DNA from: a phage
Length of the DNA: 64,000 nt
Sequence record: OR896157.1
Direction: 5' to 3' (one strand)
Position numbers and translations under genes: made by a program. A model generated the notes under the pieces. That model saw only the letters and a program-made list of their open reading frames with translations, searched no databases and was not told where the DNA came from. This document shows, one piece after another, positions 1-13,492 of this stretch. How positions within the stretch are numbered: position 1 is the first letter of the stretch; each line of letters opens with the position of its first letter.

Positions 1-1094
1 AAGCTTATATTCAGTACCTGTCAGATGGGTATGGAACTCAGTACAACAATTTGCTGAATTTAATTCGTAACAAATATCCTCGTGAAAAAGACGCTTGGGA
101 ATATTTGTGGTCTGAAGTTTATAAGCGCAATATCTATTTGAATCCAGATAAACGAGATGCTGTCTCAAGATTCTTTGAAGCTCGTAAGTCTGATTTTTAT
201 TCAACTAAAGGTATTGAAGCTTCTTATCAATTCTTGTTCAAATTGTTATACAATGAAAACGTTGAAATTGAAATTGAATCAAATCCTGGAACAGAATACG
301 ATATTATCATTGAATCTGATTCAGTGAACGACGATTTAGTTGGTCATACAATTTATACAGCGACCGGGCGTACAAACGTTACTTATGTTGAACGTCACTA
401 TAATGAAGGTCGTTTGCAATGGCGAATCACAATTCACAACCTTTTAGGTCGTTTAATTGTGGGACAAGAGATTAAAGCGGAGCGTATGCCCGGATTTAGT
501 GGAACAATTGTCCAAGGCGTTCGTGGTAAAGAATTGGTTGAAAATACCATCGAGTATATCAACCGTAACCGTTCTTACTATGTGATGAAAATTAAATCAA
601 ATCTTCCTACGTCAAGATACAGAAATGATGTTTTAAGATTTGTTCATCCAGTCGGTTTTGGATTTATTGGTATCACGTTATTGACTATGTTCATTAACGT
701 TGGTTTGACCCTTAAACACGTTCAAACTATAATCAATAAATACAAAAACTACAAATGGGATGCAGGACTTCCACTTATTTGGCCTGACCGAGTAGCTCAA
801 TTAGATTCAAATGGAAATATCGAGCATAACGATGTTACTGGAGAGGCTCTTTATTTACCTCATCCAAGAGCAAACGAAGACTTTGATATTCCTGACGACT
901 ATGATGCTGAAAACAATAACTCAGTAATAGCTGGTCAGCTTCCATCGGAAAGACGAAAACCAATGAGCCCTACATTCGACCAAAGTGCAGTAACATTCTC
1001 CAATTGGAGAGATTTGGTTAATTCAAGACTTATTGATAAAGTTAATATCCCTCGTGACCCGGCTAATCCAACACAGGTTAAGATTAATGAATGA
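1..1094 (+). CDS. 7: baseplate wedge protein gp7, C-terminal part (5' end outside window)
   Basis: Frame is open from the window edge (first start-like codon at 51 is TTG); sits directly upstream of gp8-gp12 in T4 order; stop overlaps gene 8 start. Confidence 0.75.
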   Translation, partial: AYIQYLSDGYGTQYNNLLNLIRNKYPREKDAWEYLWSEVYKRNIYLNPDKRDAVSRFFEARKSDFYSTKGIEASYQFLFKLLYNENVEIEIESNPGTEYDIIIESDSVNDDLVGHTIYTATGRTNVTYVERHYNEGRLQWRITIHNLLGRLIVGQEIKAERMPGFSGTIVQGVRGKELVENTIEYINRNRSYYVMKIKSNLPTSRYRNDVLRFVHPVGFGFIGITLLTMFINVGLTLKHVQTIINKYKNYKWDAGLPLIWPDRVAQLDSNGNIEHNDVTGEALYLPHPRANEDFDIPDDYDAENNNSVIAGQLPSERRKPMSPTFDQSAVTFSNWRDLVNSRLIDKVNIPRDPANPTQVKINE

Positions 1095-2097
1095 TTCAAG
1101 CGTAATCTATCGTTCCATAGTGACTTCAAAATTCCGTACTGAAAAGATGCTGAATTTTTATGAGTCAATTGGTGATGGCGATAATCAAAACACAATTTAC
1201 ATCACATTCGGACGAAGTGAACCTTGGTCAGATAACGAATCGGAGGTGGGGTTCGCCCCACCATATCCAGTAGATAATACACAAGGCGTTGAAGATATGT
1301 GGACTCATATGATGGGTTCAGTAAAAGTAATGCCTTCTATGCTGGACGCAATTATTCCCCGTAAAGATTGGGGAGATATTCGTTATCCTAACCCAAGAAA
1401 CTTTTCAATTGGTGAAATTGTTGTTGTAAACAGTGCTCCATATAACGCCACAGAAGTAGGTAGTGGCTGGTTGGTATATCGTTGTATTGATATTCCTGAT
1501 GCAGGCACATGCTCAATTAATACTATCAAAAATAAAGAAGAGTGTATTAAGCTCGGTGGTAAATGGACTTCTTCTGTTCAATCAGCATTTCCTCCAAGAG
1601 GACGTGGCGATGCAATAAACGATAATAAGATTGATATGAAAGACGGATATCTTTGGGAATATCTTTATGAGATTCCACCTGATGTTTCTATCAACCGTTG
1701 CACAAACGAATATATTGTCGTTCCTTGGCCTGATGAAGTTAAAGAAGACCCAGAACGTTGGGGTTACAACAATAACTTGGAATGGGAACACGACGCGTAT
1801 GGAATTATCTATCGCGTAAAAGCATATACTATTCGATTTAAAGCATATTTCGATTCAGTATATTTCCCAGAAGCAGCTTTACCTGGTAACAAAGGCTTCC
1901 GTCAAATTTCAGTTATTACTAATCCATTAGAAGCTAAAAAGATACCTTCTGAGCCAAATAAAAAGGCTAAGAATTTATGGTACAACCCTATTGATTTAAG
2001 CCGTCATTCCGGTGAAATGATTTACATGGAAAACAGGCCTCCTATCATTATGGCTATGGACCAAACCGAAGAAATTAACATCATCTTCGAATTCTAA
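1087..2097 (+). CDS. 8: baseplate wedge protein gp8
   Basis: Start moved to internal ATG giving MNDSSVIYR..., matching the T4 gp8 N-terminus as recalled; 336 aa vs 334 in T4. Confidence 0.9.
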   Translation: MNDSSVIYRSIVTSKFRTEKMLNFYESIGDGDNQNTIYITFGRSEPWSDNESEVGFAPPYPVDNTQGVEDMWTHMMGSVKVMPSMLDAIIPRKDWGDIRYPNPRNFSIGEIVVVNSAPYNATEVGSGWLVYRCIDIPDAGTCSINTIKNKEECIKLGGKWTSSVQSAFPPRGRGDAINDNKIDMKDGYLWEYLYEIPPDVSINRCTNEYIVVPWPDEVKEDPERWGYNNNLEWEHDAYGIIYRVKAYTIRFKAYFDSVYFPEAALPGNKGFRQISVITNPLEAKKIPSEPNKKAKNLWYNPIDLSRHSGEMIYMENRPPIIMAMDQTEEINIIFEF

Positions 2098-2100
2098 TGC

Positions 2101-2118
2101 GGGAGCCTGAGGGCTCCC
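2101..2118 (+). terminator. GC-rich hairpin GGGAGCC-TGAG-GGCTCCC followed by T-run after gene 8
   Basis: Perfect 7-bp inverted repeat read in sequence, then ATTTTT. Confidence 0.5.
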
Positions 2119-2125
2119 ATTTTTG

Positions 2126-2133
2126 TATAAATA
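2126..2133 (+). promoter_or_regulatory. T4-type late promoter box TATAAATA upstream of gene 9
   Basis: Exact TATAAATA 25 nt upstream of gene 9 ATG. Confidence 0.55.
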
Positions 2134-2157
2134 GCATATATCAATAGAGGACTTATT

Positions 2158-3066
2158 ATGTTCGAACAAGAAGCAAAGCAACTAATTGACGTCGGTGAAA
2201 TTGGTAACGCATCGACCGGTGATATTTTGTTCGATGGCGGTAACAAAATTAACAACAACTTCAACGGCATTTATAATGCATTTGGCGACCAAAGAAAAAT
2301 GGCCTTAGACAATGGCCAAGGTTCTGGAGTTGGACAAGTAATTCATGCTACTGGCTATTGGCAGAAATCAAATGACCCATTGGAATTTACCACTCCAGTT
2401 CCTAACGGCTCTCAATATGATATTGACACTTCAGGTGGAGCTGTACAAGTTACTTTAAGTAAAGGCGTTCGTGGGGAAGCAGTATTTTTCTGCAACAGCA
2501 ATGGCTCATTCTCTCCAACTAACCCATTGACTATTGACGCAAACGACACATTTGCAACTGTAACAGGTTCATTAAGAATTACGTCTCCTTATGTATTTGT
2601 AAAATGCTGGTGTATTTCTGATGAAGGCGGCCGTTCTGTTTGGGATTATTCAGTAGAAAGTATGTTTGGTGAAAAACATATTCCAACTGATGGCACTTGG
2701 CAATTAGGAGCTGTTGGTACTTCTGTAGATATTCCGTTGTTCCATAATACTGAATTTACTATAGCGAAATATCTTATTACTGCGGAAACCAGCAATGGTT
2801 CAAAAGCCAAAAGTTGCGAAATAAATATTCACATAGACAGAATTAAGAGAGAAGTTAATAGTGTAGAATATGCAGTAATTCGAATTGGAGCAGTTGACAC
2901 TCCAGCTACTTCTACAACTCCTGAAGTGATAGACAAAATTTTCGTTCCGTCATTTTCTATTAACCCTACCACAGGATATGTAGTCCTGACATTAACGCCA
3001 GGAGTCGCTGGTTTGAGAGCGGCAGTTAAAGCTATCGCTACACAGAAAATTGGGAATCCAAGATGA
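2158..3066 (+). CDS. 9: baseplate wedge / long tail fibre socket protein gp9
   Basis: N-terminus MFEQEAKQLIDVGEIGNASTGDILFDGGNKIN closely matches T4 gp9; AGAGGA Shine-Dalgarno. Confidence 0.9.
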   Translation: MFEQEAKQLIDVGEIGNASTGDILFDGGNKINNNFNGIYNAFGDQRKMALDNGQGSGVGQVIHATGYWQKSNDPLEFTTPVPNGSQYDIDTSGGAVQVTLSKGVRGEAVFFCNSNGSFSPTNPLTIDANDTFATVTGSLRITSPYVFVKCWCISDEGGRSVWDYSVESMFGEKHIPTDGTWQLGAVGTSVDIPLFHNTEFTIAKYLITAETSNGSKAKSCEINIHIDRIKREVNSVEYAVIRIGAVDTPATSTTPEVIDKIFVPSFSINPTTGYVVLTLTPGVAGLRAAVKAIATQKIGNPR

Positions 3067-4871
3067 AGCAAGATATTAAAATTGGTCAAGCTGTTGATGA
3101 CGGCTCCGGCGACTACCTGCGTAAGGGTGGTCAAAAAATTAATGATAACTTTGACGAGTTGTATTACGAGCTTGGCGATGGAGATGTTCCGTTTGCTGCT
3201 GGCGCGTGGAAAAACCACAAGACTTCTACAGCAGCCACGTTAAACGCTGAATGGGGTAAAGCTTATGTGCTTGATACTTCAACTGGTCGTTTAAATGTGC
3301 GTCTTCCTAAAGGTACTGCGAATGATTATAATAAAGTCATTCGTTTACGAGACGTTTATGCAACTTGGCAAGTTAACCCTATAACTATTATTCCTGGTTC
3401 AGGAGATACTTTAAAAGGTGATTCTCGTCCAAGAGAAATTCGCACTCAATTCGCTGACTTGGAAATGGTGTATTGCCCTCCAGGCCGTTGGGAATATGTT
3501 GAAAATAAGCAAATCAACAGAATTTCAAATAGTGAATTGAGCACAGTAGTTCGTAAAGAGTTTTTAGTTAAAACTAACGGACAAACTGATTTCCCTGATG
3601 TGTTCAGTGGAACAGAATATAACATTGGAAATACCCAAGTATTCCATCGTGGTAACATTCTGTATTACGGTGAGAAATTCAGTGCAACTGATTCTGATTT
3701 TGGTTCAATTGGACCAAATGGAACAAGAGTTGCTCTTGATGGTAAAAGCATTAAGCTGAAAAACCCGGCTAATGCAGGTGATACTGTAATTGTAGTATCT
3801 TACTTAGATGGTATTTCTCAATTCCGTAGTTCTTATAATAGACGATCAGTCACTTTGAGAGATTCATCTAAAACTAACCAGACATCTATTGAAGGTTCAT
3901 TGTTAGTTGACGATTTAAAAACTCTTAGATATTTCCCATTAAGTGCATTTGGTATTGATAGTTTCTCTCCTGTAAACCATCAATCTATGGAAGTTCGTTT
4001 TAATGGAATACTTCAGAACGAAGCTGGTACTGCAGGTCTTCCATTAGCTCGTTGTATTGATGCTATTGCAGATGACGCATTTACATGTCAGGCTCTTGGC
4101 GGAACTTGGCAAAACAGTAAACTTGACTATGTTCTTGATATCGATGACAATAATAAATTGATTGGTATCGAAACAGACCGTGAAATGGAAGATGGCGACA
4201 TTATTACTTTAACTTGGTACAACAACCAAATTGGTACAGTAATGGAGCTTGAAGACATTCTTAATGAAACTGACGCAAAATATGTATCTAAAGGCGAAGT
4301 TCTCAATCTCACTGGTCAAGTACGTATTACTAACCAAAACAAACCAGGTTGGCCTAATGTTGCTCCTGAACCAGCTGCTGCTGTTGAAGTAAATAATGTT
4401 CAAAACTTATTTGATTTGGTTTATCCGATTGGAACAATTTACGAAAACGCAGTAAACCCTAATAACCCAGCAACATATATGGGATTTGGTACTTGGGTTC
4501 TGTGGGGACAAGGTAAAGTTGTTGCTGGCTGGAATAACGATACAACCGACCCTAATTTCGCAATGAACAATAACGATTTGGATGTAAATGGTAATCCAAG
4601 TCATACCGCTGGTGGAACTGGTGGTGTAATTAGCAATGAATTAGAAAACGCTCAAATTCCTGCTTCTCAAACAACTGAAAAAGTTTTAGTAGTTGACCCT
4701 AATGGACCTATTGTCGTTGGCGGATGTCAATTTGACCCAGATGAACAAGGGCCTGCTTATACTAAATATCGTGAATCGGTTGCTAACATCAATCCAACTC
4801 ACACACCTCCAAAATCAGTAACTAATATTCAGCCATATGTTACCGCATATCGTTGGTTAAGGGTTTCTTAA
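3063..4871 (+). CDS. 10: baseplate wedge protein gp10
   Basis: 602 aa, same length as T4 gp10; ATGA overlap with gene 9 stop; synteny. Confidence 0.9.
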   Translation: MKQDIKIGQAVDDGSGDYLRKGGQKINDNFDELYYELGDGDVPFAAGAWKNHKTSTAATLNAEWGKAYVLDTSTGRLNVRLPKGTANDYNKVIRLRDVYATWQVNPITIIPGSGDTLKGDSRPREIRTQFADLEMVYCPPGRWEYVENKQINRISNSELSTVVRKEFLVKTNGQTDFPDVFSGTEYNIGNTQVFHRGNILYYGEKFSATDSDFGSIGPNGTRVALDGKSIKLKNPANAGDTVIVVSYLDGISQFRSSYNRRSVTLRDSSKTNQTSIEGSLLVDDLKTLRYFPLSAFGIDSFSPVNHQSMEVRFNGILQNEAGTAGLPLARCIDAIADDAFTCQALGGTWQNSKLDYVLDIDDNNKLIGIETDREMEDGDIITLTWYNNQIGTVMELEDILNETDAKYVSKGEVLNLTGQVRITNQNKPGWPNVAPEPAAAVEVNNVQNLFDLVYPIGTIYENAVNPNNPATYMGFGTWVLWGQGKVVAGWNNDTTDPNFAMNNNDLDVNGNPSHTAGGTGGVISNELENAQIPASQTTEKVLVVDPNGPIVVGGCQFDPDEQGPAYTKYRESVANINPTHTPPKSVTNIQPYVTAYRWLRVS

Positions 4872-5533
4872 TGATTAGTGTATCTTCTTCAAAGGCGGGA
4901 CTTAAGTCCCGCAATGCAGATTTCTTGCAATATGAAATCGCCCCAGGCAGTATTGATGTTATGAATACTCAGCCAATTGGGTCAAATACGATTTCACAAA
5001 AATATAAAGGTGTTGATTTTCCAAATGTTCAATCAGCGATAGAAGATGTTCGTGGATTCGCTATTCTTCCAATTGGAACAATTGTAATTAACGATACTGG
5101 CGTTTCTCCTGAAGGTATTCAACAAATTGATGATTGGACTTTTACCGGAACAGTAGCAGTTGATGGAAAATCTGAAGGTGAATCAGTTTTAGTTGATGTA
5201 TACGGATTTATGGTTCCGGCTTTAATTGGTGACACTGACACTGAATTTGCCGCGAAAGTTAAATTGGTTCTTGAGGACGCTATTACTGCTGGAGATGTAA
5301 TTTCTTCAGTTGAAGTATCTACATCTGCCGGTAATATTTTAAATGTTAAATATATCGACAACCAAGAACATATTCTTCCCTCATATTCTTCATGTGGAGT
5401 TTCCATCTCTGCTTCAATCCAGTCTCCTTCTAAGGTTGGTTATGGGTCATGGGATTTAATCGGTCGTCAATCGTTAACTTTCGATGGAGCTACTTCACCG
5501 ACAGTTTTACAATACTTTAAGAGAATGGGTTAA
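4871..5533 (+). CDS. 11: baseplate wedge protein gp11 (short tail fibre attachment)
   Basis: Start moved to ATG giving MISVSSSKAGL... (T4 gp11 begins MSLLNNKAGV...); TAATG overlap with gene 10. Confidence 0.85.
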   Translation: MISVSSSKAGLKSRNADFLQYEIAPGSIDVMNTQPIGSNTISQKYKGVDFPNVQSAIEDVRGFAILPIGTIVINDTGVSPEGIQQIDDWTFTGTVAVDGKSEGESVLVDVYGFMVPALIGDTDTEFAAKVKLVLEDAITAGDVISSVEVSTSAGNILNVKYIDNQEHILPSYSSCGVSISASIQSPSKVGYGSWDLIGRQSLTFDGATSPTVLQYFKRMG

Positions 5534-7083
5534 TGGCTACTAATACTCTAAACCACATAAGTGACGAATCAAAATATAAAACGTTTAACCCGGCTGGAAC
5601 TAGTTTTCCAGCCAACATAACAAACGTTCAATCGGCATTAGCCGCATTAAAGCCAATAGCAGTTAACGGCGTTCCTGACGCAACTGAAACTGTTAAAGGG
5701 ATAATTCGCATTGCTACCCAACAAGAAGTTAATGATGGTGATTCAGCTAATACTGTAGTTACTCCAAAAACTTTAAAAGAACGTCTTGGTAATCCACAAG
5801 CTTCTACTACAGTAATTGGCTTAACTCGATATGCTACTACAGCTGAAGCTACTGCAGGGTCTATTGGCAATGCTGCTGTTGTTCCAACAGGGTTAAAAGC
5901 TTCAATTGATAATGCGTTTGCTACTCGTATTTCTAAAGAGTCAGTTTTAGGTGTAATTAAAATTGCTACAGTTGCAATGGCTGAAGCCGGTACTGATGAT
6001 ACCTCGGCAATGACTCCATTGAAAACCCAAAGAGCAATTGCAAAAGCAACAGCAGTTCTTCCAGTTTATGGACCAGCGACAGAATCAGTAAGTGGTACTG
6101 TGCGTATTGCTACTAACGGGCAAGTTGCTCAAGGAACTCTAAGAGACGGGTATGCCGTATCTCCAAGTGGATTAGCCTCTTTAACAGCTACATCTTCTCG
6201 CAGAGGTTTAGCTCGTTCCGCTACTATCGCCGAAGTTAATGCAAATACCGCCGGAGATATTTTTGTTACTCCAAATGGATTGAACCAAAGAGTTGGTACT
6301 ACTTCAACAAAAGGTCTTGTTAAATTAACTACTACTGTAGGCTCAGGTGACGCAAATACTGCATTAGCATATAACGCTGACGTTGTTCATACTCGCGGCG
6401 GACAAACAATTAATGGAACCACAACGTTTGGTGCTGCGCGAGTAAATGGTCGTCTTGATGTTGGTTCTGGTTTTATTAACAACCAGCAAATTGCTACAGT
6501 AAACATGTTAGTTGATTCCGTTCCAATTGGAACAATTATCATGTGGCCAGGACATAACCCTCCAAACTCAGATTGGATGCATTGTCATGGAGCGTTATTG
6601 AATAAAGGGGATTCTCAATATTCTACTTTATACAGCATTATTGGCACTATATATGGTGGAGACGCTACTCGGTTCGCTCTTCCTGATATGCGCGGTATGT
6701 TCCCTCGTGGTGTTGGTAAGTCAAACATCATGAACCAGTATTCAGGAAACGATTCAAAAGGTAAACCTGGTTTAGGAGCTGGTTGTGGTAATGCTTCATT
6801 AGGTCAATCAATGCCGCAATCTGTTCGTAAACACAAACATGAATCAGGATGGGGTGAACACTATAAGCGTTCAGATGCAAGAAATGGATGTACTGTACGT
6901 AATGGTTACTTAGGTGCTAATCGTTCAGATTATGATAACTATAAGTATTTTACTAATGATGGTGCTGAAGTTGAAGCAGCTAATATTCGTGATTCATTCG
7001 GTACTATGAATACTGATGGATTAATGGGTGATGAAAACCGTCCTTGGTCAATTGCTCTAAACTTTGTAATAAAAGTAAGATAA
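5533..7083 (+). CDS. 12: short tail fibre protein gp12
   Basis: 516 aa with repetitive beta-rich sequence, position between 11 and wac; TAATG overlap. Confidence 0.9.
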   Translation: MATNTLNHISDESKYKTFNPAGTSFPANITNVQSALAALKPIAVNGVPDATETVKGIIRIATQQEVNDGDSANTVVTPKTLKERLGNPQASTTVIGLTRYATTAEATAGSIGNAAVVPTGLKASIDNAFATRISKESVLGVIKIATVAMAEAGTDDTSAMTPLKTQRAIAKATAVLPVYGPATESVSGTVRIATNGQVAQGTLRDGYAVSPSGLASLTATSSRRGLARSATIAEVNANTAGDIFVTPNGLNQRVGTTSTKGLVKLTTTVGSGDANTALAYNADVVHTRGGQTINGTTTFGAARVNGRLDVGSGFINNQQIATVNMLVDSVPIGTIIMWPGHNPPNSDWMHCHGALLNKGDSQYSTLYSIIGTIYGGDATRFALPDMRGMFPRGVGKSNIMNQYSGNDSKGKPGLGAGCGNASLGQSMPQSVRKHKHESGWGEHYKRSDARNGCTVRNGYLGANRSDYDNYKYFTNDGAEVEAANIRDSFGTMNTDGLMGDENRPWSIALNFVIKVR

Positions 7084-7091
7084 GGAAAAAT

Positions 7092-8504
7092 ATGTCAACT
7101 ATTGATTTAACTCCCCTTCCTTACGTCAACGGCCTTCCGGATGAAGGCCAATCTCGTGTGAACTGGATTAAAAATGGCGAGGAATTAACAGGAGCATCCA
7201 CCAAGAATGGTGTAGACGGTAATTTGAACCGTGGACCGGTACAGGTCCAACAAAACGTGGAAGTGCTCGACGGGAATATCGTAGTTGTCCGTGATTCTCT
7301 TGAGCAATCAAATGTAAGAATTAAGAATGTCGAGGATGCCCTAGGAGTCATTGGGGATGTCGATGTTGTCAAACAAATAGGTATTAACACATCTGCAATT
7401 AAAGTTCTCCAGAGTGACACAGAGGGACTTAAAACCACATCAGATGACCATGGTCTGCGTATAACTCACATCGAAGAAGATGTAGGTGAATATGACCCGT
7501 CACGTGATTCTGTTTATCGTCCAGTTCGTGAAGACTTGCTTTGGATTAAAACTGAGTTAGGCGCTTATCCAGGCCAAGACATCAACGGTATGTCTATTCC
7601 TATGGCCCCTGCGTTAGGTTTGAAGAAGCGTGTTATTGACACTGCTAAAGTTGTAAATGATAACTCAATTCGTATCGCTAATATTGAAAAACAATTCAAT
7701 GACTCAGATGTTGGTTCATTAACGATTGAAGTCCAAAACCTTCGAAATGAAATGGGTTCAAGAGCATCTGCTGGTATTGATAGTGTTTACGTTCGTTTGA
7801 ACAAAATGAATGGAACTATCAGTACTTTAGCAATGGACATGGAAAATGTTTTAGATTCGATTGGGTATAACAATGGAGTTATCGATTTACACAACTTGGT
7901 TGTAATAAACCGCGATGCAATCACCGAGGTTAATCGTAAATTAAGTGACCCTACAATAGGATTAATTCCTCGTGTAGATTTAATTGAATCAGCTATCGGA
8001 AAAGATTCTCAGCCGTCAAGCATCAACGGAAGAATTAAAATTAACCGCGATGAAATTACAGCTCTGAAATCTATTGTTGGTGCAGATACTTCGTCTGGTT
8101 TACGTGGACAAGTTGCATGGATTAACCAAGTAGTTGGTATTAATGAAAGCGGAACTCCTGCTCCGTCTAATTCTTTAATTGGACAAATTAATACTTTGAC
8201 TACCATGCAAAACCAAATGGCTAATACCATTCAGGATATCCAGGTAGATATTGGTAACAATAACGAAGGTTTAAAAGGCCAAGTAATTCGTTTAAATAGT
8301 CTTGTAATGGGTACAAACCCTAACGGTGCTACTGTTGAAGAAAGAGGACTTTTAAACGTAGCAAAAACTCAAGACACTGATATTTCAAATATTAAAACCG
8401 AACTTCAAAACTTAATTCCAGAAGCTCCTCGTGATGGAAAAGCTTATGTTCGTAAAGACGGTGCTTGGGTCGACTTAGACACCATTCTTAATCCTACTCC
8501 ATAA
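7092..8504 (+). CDS. wac: fibritin (whisker) with C-terminal foldon
   Basis: Internal ATG start MSTIDLTPLPYVNGLPDEGQSRVNWIKNGEE matches T4 Wac N-terminus; heptad-rich body; C-terminal IPEAPRDGKAYVRKDGAWV foldon motif. Confidence 0.9.
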   Translation: MSTIDLTPLPYVNGLPDEGQSRVNWIKNGEELTGASTKNGVDGNLNRGPVQVQQNVEVLDGNIVVVRDSLEQSNVRIKNVEDALGVIGDVDVVKQIGINTSAIKVLQSDTEGLKTTSDDHGLRITHIEEDVGEYDPSRDSVYRPVREDLLWIKTELGAYPGQDINGMSIPMAPALGLKKRVIDTAKVVNDNSIRIANIEKQFNDSDVGSLTIEVQNLRNEMGSRASAGIDSVYVRLNKMNGTISTLAMDMENVLDSIGYNNGVIDLHNLVVINRDAITEVNRKLSDPTIGLIPRVDLIESAIGKDSQPSSINGRIKINRDEITALKSIVGADTSSGLRGQVAWINQVVGINESGTPAPSNSLIGQINTLTTMQNQMANTIQDIQVDIGNNNEGLKGQVIRLNSLVMGTNPNGATVEERGLLNVAKTQDTDISNIKTELQNLIPEAPRDGKAYVRKDGAWVDLDTILNPTP

Positions 8505-8508
8505 TAAA

Positions 8509-8522
8509 GGGCCTTCGGGCCC
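8509..8522 (+). terminator. GGGCC-TTCG-GGCCC tetraloop hairpin after wac
   Basis: Perfect 5-bp stem with UUCG loop read in sequence. Confidence 0.5.
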
Positions 8523-8534
8523 TTAGAGGTTTAT

Positions 8535-9473
8535 ATGGCCGCAAATACCGCACGCAATCCAAAAGAATTAAAAGATGTTATTTTGCGTCGTCTTGGCGCA
8601 CCAATCATTAACGTTGAATTAACCGAAGATATGATTTATGATTGTATCCAACGAGCTTTAGAGCTATTCGGTGAATATCATTATGACGGCTTAAATAAAG
8701 GCTATCAAGTAATTCATATTGGCGATGACGAAATCGGTCGTGGTCAATTCAAAAATGGTGTGTTTGATTTTTCAGACCGCAACATTTTCGCAGTCACACA
8801 AATTGTTCGTACTAACGTTGGTTCACTGACAAGTATGGACGGTAATGCTACTTATCCATGGTTCACTGATTTCCTATTAGGAATGGCTGGAATTAATGGC
8901 GGTATGGGTAGCTCTTGTAATAAAGCTTATGGACCAAATGCATTTGGAGCTGATCTTGGCTATTTCACTCAGCTCACAACTTATTGGTCAATGATGCAAG
9001 ACATGCTCGCTCCATTACCAGACTTTTGGTTCAACGATGCTACCGGCCAGCTTAAAATTATGGGCAACTTCCAGTTAGGCGATGTAATTGTAGTTGAATG
9101 CTGGACTAAATCTTATATTGACGTGGACAAAATGGTTGGAAATAAAGCTGGATATGGAACAGCAGGCCCAGAAACATCTTGGGCTCTTCCTGATGTGTAT
9201 GATAATCCAGATAAGCGTTTGACTGGTTACAGGGCTGGTGAAGAACTTTCAATTGTTCAAGGCTCTTATAACAATCGTTGGGTAAAAGATTATGCTCATA
9301 TTCTGGCAAAAGAATTACTTGGTCAAGTATTAGCTCGTCACCAAGGCATGCAGCTTCCAGGTGGTGTCACATTAAATGGTGAACGTTTAATTGAAGAAGC
9401 TCGATTAGAAAAAGAATATGCTTTAGAACAGCTTTACTTACTTGACCCTCCAACAGGAGTACTTGTAGGATGA
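8535..9473 (+). CDS. 13: neck protein gp13
   Basis: 312 aa vs 309 in T4; synteny wac-13-14. Confidence 0.88.
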   Translation: MAANTARNPKELKDVILRRLGAPIINVELTEDMIYDCIQRALELFGEYHYDGLNKGYQVIHIGDDEIGRGQFKNGVFDFSDRNIFAVTQIVRTNVGSLTSMDGNATYPWFTDFLLGMAGINGGMGSSCNKAYGPNAFGADLGYFTQLTTYWSMMQDMLAPLPDFWFNDATGQLKIMGNFQLGDVIVVECWTKSYIDVDKMVGNKAGYGTAGPETSWALPDVYDNPDKRLTGYRAGEELSIVQGSYNNRWVKDYAHILAKELLGQVLARHQGMQLPGGVTLNGERLIEEARLEKEYALEQLYLLDPPTGVLVG

Positions 9474-10270
9474 TGAATAAAAATTTGTTCGCGAAGCTCG
9501 AGAACAAATCAGGTTATTCACGCACTAATGAAGAGGAAGTTCTCAATCCATATGTGAACTTCCACAATCATTTTAACACCCAAGCTCTGTTTGATACTCT
9601 TGTGGCTGAAAGTATTCAAATGCGTGGGGTTAAATGTTACTATGTTCCGCGTGAATATGTAAAACCTGACTACGTCTTTGGTGAAGACCTTCAGTCCAAG
9701 TTCACTAAAGCTTGGCAATTTGCAGCTTACATTAACTCATTTGAGGGTTATGAAGGAGCAAATACATTTTATAGCAAGTTCGGAATGCAGGTTAATGATG
9801 AAGTTACTTTGTCAATTAACCCAGGTCTCTTTAAGCATCAAGTAAATGGGCAAGAACCTAAGGAAGGAGACTTAATTTACTTTCCGATGGACAACAGCTT
9901 GTTTGAAATTTCTTGGGTAGAGCCGTATGACCCATTCTATCAAGCTGGACGAAATGCTATTCGTAAGATTACAGCAGAAAAATTCATTTACTCTGGCGAG
10001 CAGCTTAAACCTGAGCTTCAGCGTAATGATGGAATTAACATTCCTGAATTCAGTGAGCTTGATTTAGACCCTATTCATGAATTAGATGGTCTTTCTGATA
10101 TCAATGAAGTTCCGTATCAAGAAGTAGACCAAATGAATGATGAAGCTGATAAAGACGTTAAGCAATATGAAGTCGTTAATGGTACCGGTTCACCCAAGGT
10201 AGAACCACCAAGAAACAGACCACCTGCTAACCATGTAGCATCTCCATTTGATGATGGTTTTATGCTATAA
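9470..10270 (+). CDS. 14: neck protein gp14
   Basis: Contains KNLFAKLEN...ILNPYVN as in T4 gp14; ATGA overlap with gene 13. Confidence 0.85.
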   Translation: MMNKNLFAKLENKSGYSRTNEEEVLNPYVNFHNHFNTQALFDTLVAESIQMRGVKCYYVPREYVKPDYVFGEDLQSKFTKAWQFAAYINSFEGYEGANTFYSKFGMQVNDEVTLSINPGLFKHQVNGQEPKEGDLIYFPMDNSLFEISWVEPYDPFYQAGRNAIRKITAEKFIYSGEQLKPELQRNDGINIPEFSELDLDPIHELDGLSDINEVPYQEVDQMNDEADKDVKQYEVVNGTGSPKVEPPRNRPPANHVASPFDDGFML

Positions 10271-10273
10271 ATA
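10266..10273 (+). promoter_or_regulatory. late promoter box TATAAATA upstream of gene 15
   Basis: Exact TATAAATA overlapping gene 14 stop, 43 nt upstream of gene 15 ATG. Confidence 0.55.
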
Positions 10274-10287
10274 GTTAAAAGCATATA

Positions 10288-10303
10288 CGGCTCTTCGGAG
10301 CCG
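10288..10303 (+). promoter_or_regulatory. 5' leader hairpin CGGCTC-TTCG-GAGCCG between late promoter and gene 15 RBS
   Basis: Perfect 6-bp stem with UUCG loop between the TATAAATA box and the AGGAG Shine-Dalgarno. Confidence 0.45.
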
Positions 10304-10315
10304 TTAGGAGAAACA

Positions 10316-11145
10316 ATGTTCGGATATTTTTATAACTCGTCTTTGCGCAGATACATCCTAATGCTGGGTGACTTGTTCTCCAATATTCAAGTTCAGAGAG
10401 TGCGCGAAGACATAGGCAAGACATATATCAGAGTTCCAATTACTTATGCTTCTAAAGAACATTTTATGATGAAGCTGAATAAATGGACTTCTGTTAATAA
10501 TGAAGATGGTCCTGCGAAAGTAGAGACAATTCTTCCGCGTATCAACCTTCATTTAGTTGATATGATGTACAACCCAACTTATAAGACTGGACAACTTAAT
10601 CGTTCAGCAATGAGCAATCCTAATTCGAAGACTGGGACTATTTCTCAATACAACCCAACTCCGATTAAAATGATTTTTGAGCTTGGAATTTTTACTCGTC
10701 ACCAGGACGATATGTTTCAAATTGTAGAGCAAATTATGCCCTACTTCCAACCTCATTTTAACACCACAATGACTGAACTATTCGAAAACGAAATTACATT
10801 TGAAAGAGATATAAGAATAACTTTCCAATCTATTTCAATTGACGAACAAATCGATGGAGACAAACAATCTAGAAGAAGATTAGAATGGTCCATCATGTTT
10901 GAAGTGAATGGTTGGCTTTACCCTCCAGCTTTCGATTTAAGTGGTGAAATCCGTACAATTTATCTTGATTTCCATGCTAACAGTCGTGAATTGGTAAATG
11001 AAGGTGTATTTGAATCTGTGGATTCTGAAGTAGACCCGCGCGATGTTGAAATTGAAGATTGGGACGGAAAATCTATTCAGAAATATGACAGCGATTCAAC
11101 TCCAATTCCAAAAGAGCCTGAACCGCCTGGGCCACGAGGTGTATA

Positions 11146-11146
<1 letters not shown>
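10316..11146 (+). CDS. 15: tail sheath stabiliser / tail completion protein gp15
   Basis: 276 aa vs 272 in T4; synteny. Confidence 0.88.
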
Positions 11147-13462
<2,316 letters not shown>

Positions 13463-13492
13463 TACTAAAGCACACATGTAGAGGAATTCTTA

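Noticed and set aside
51-53. Start of the first tracked ORF at position 51
   Set aside because: The codon is TTG and the frame is open to the window edge; this is the interior of gene 7, not a start
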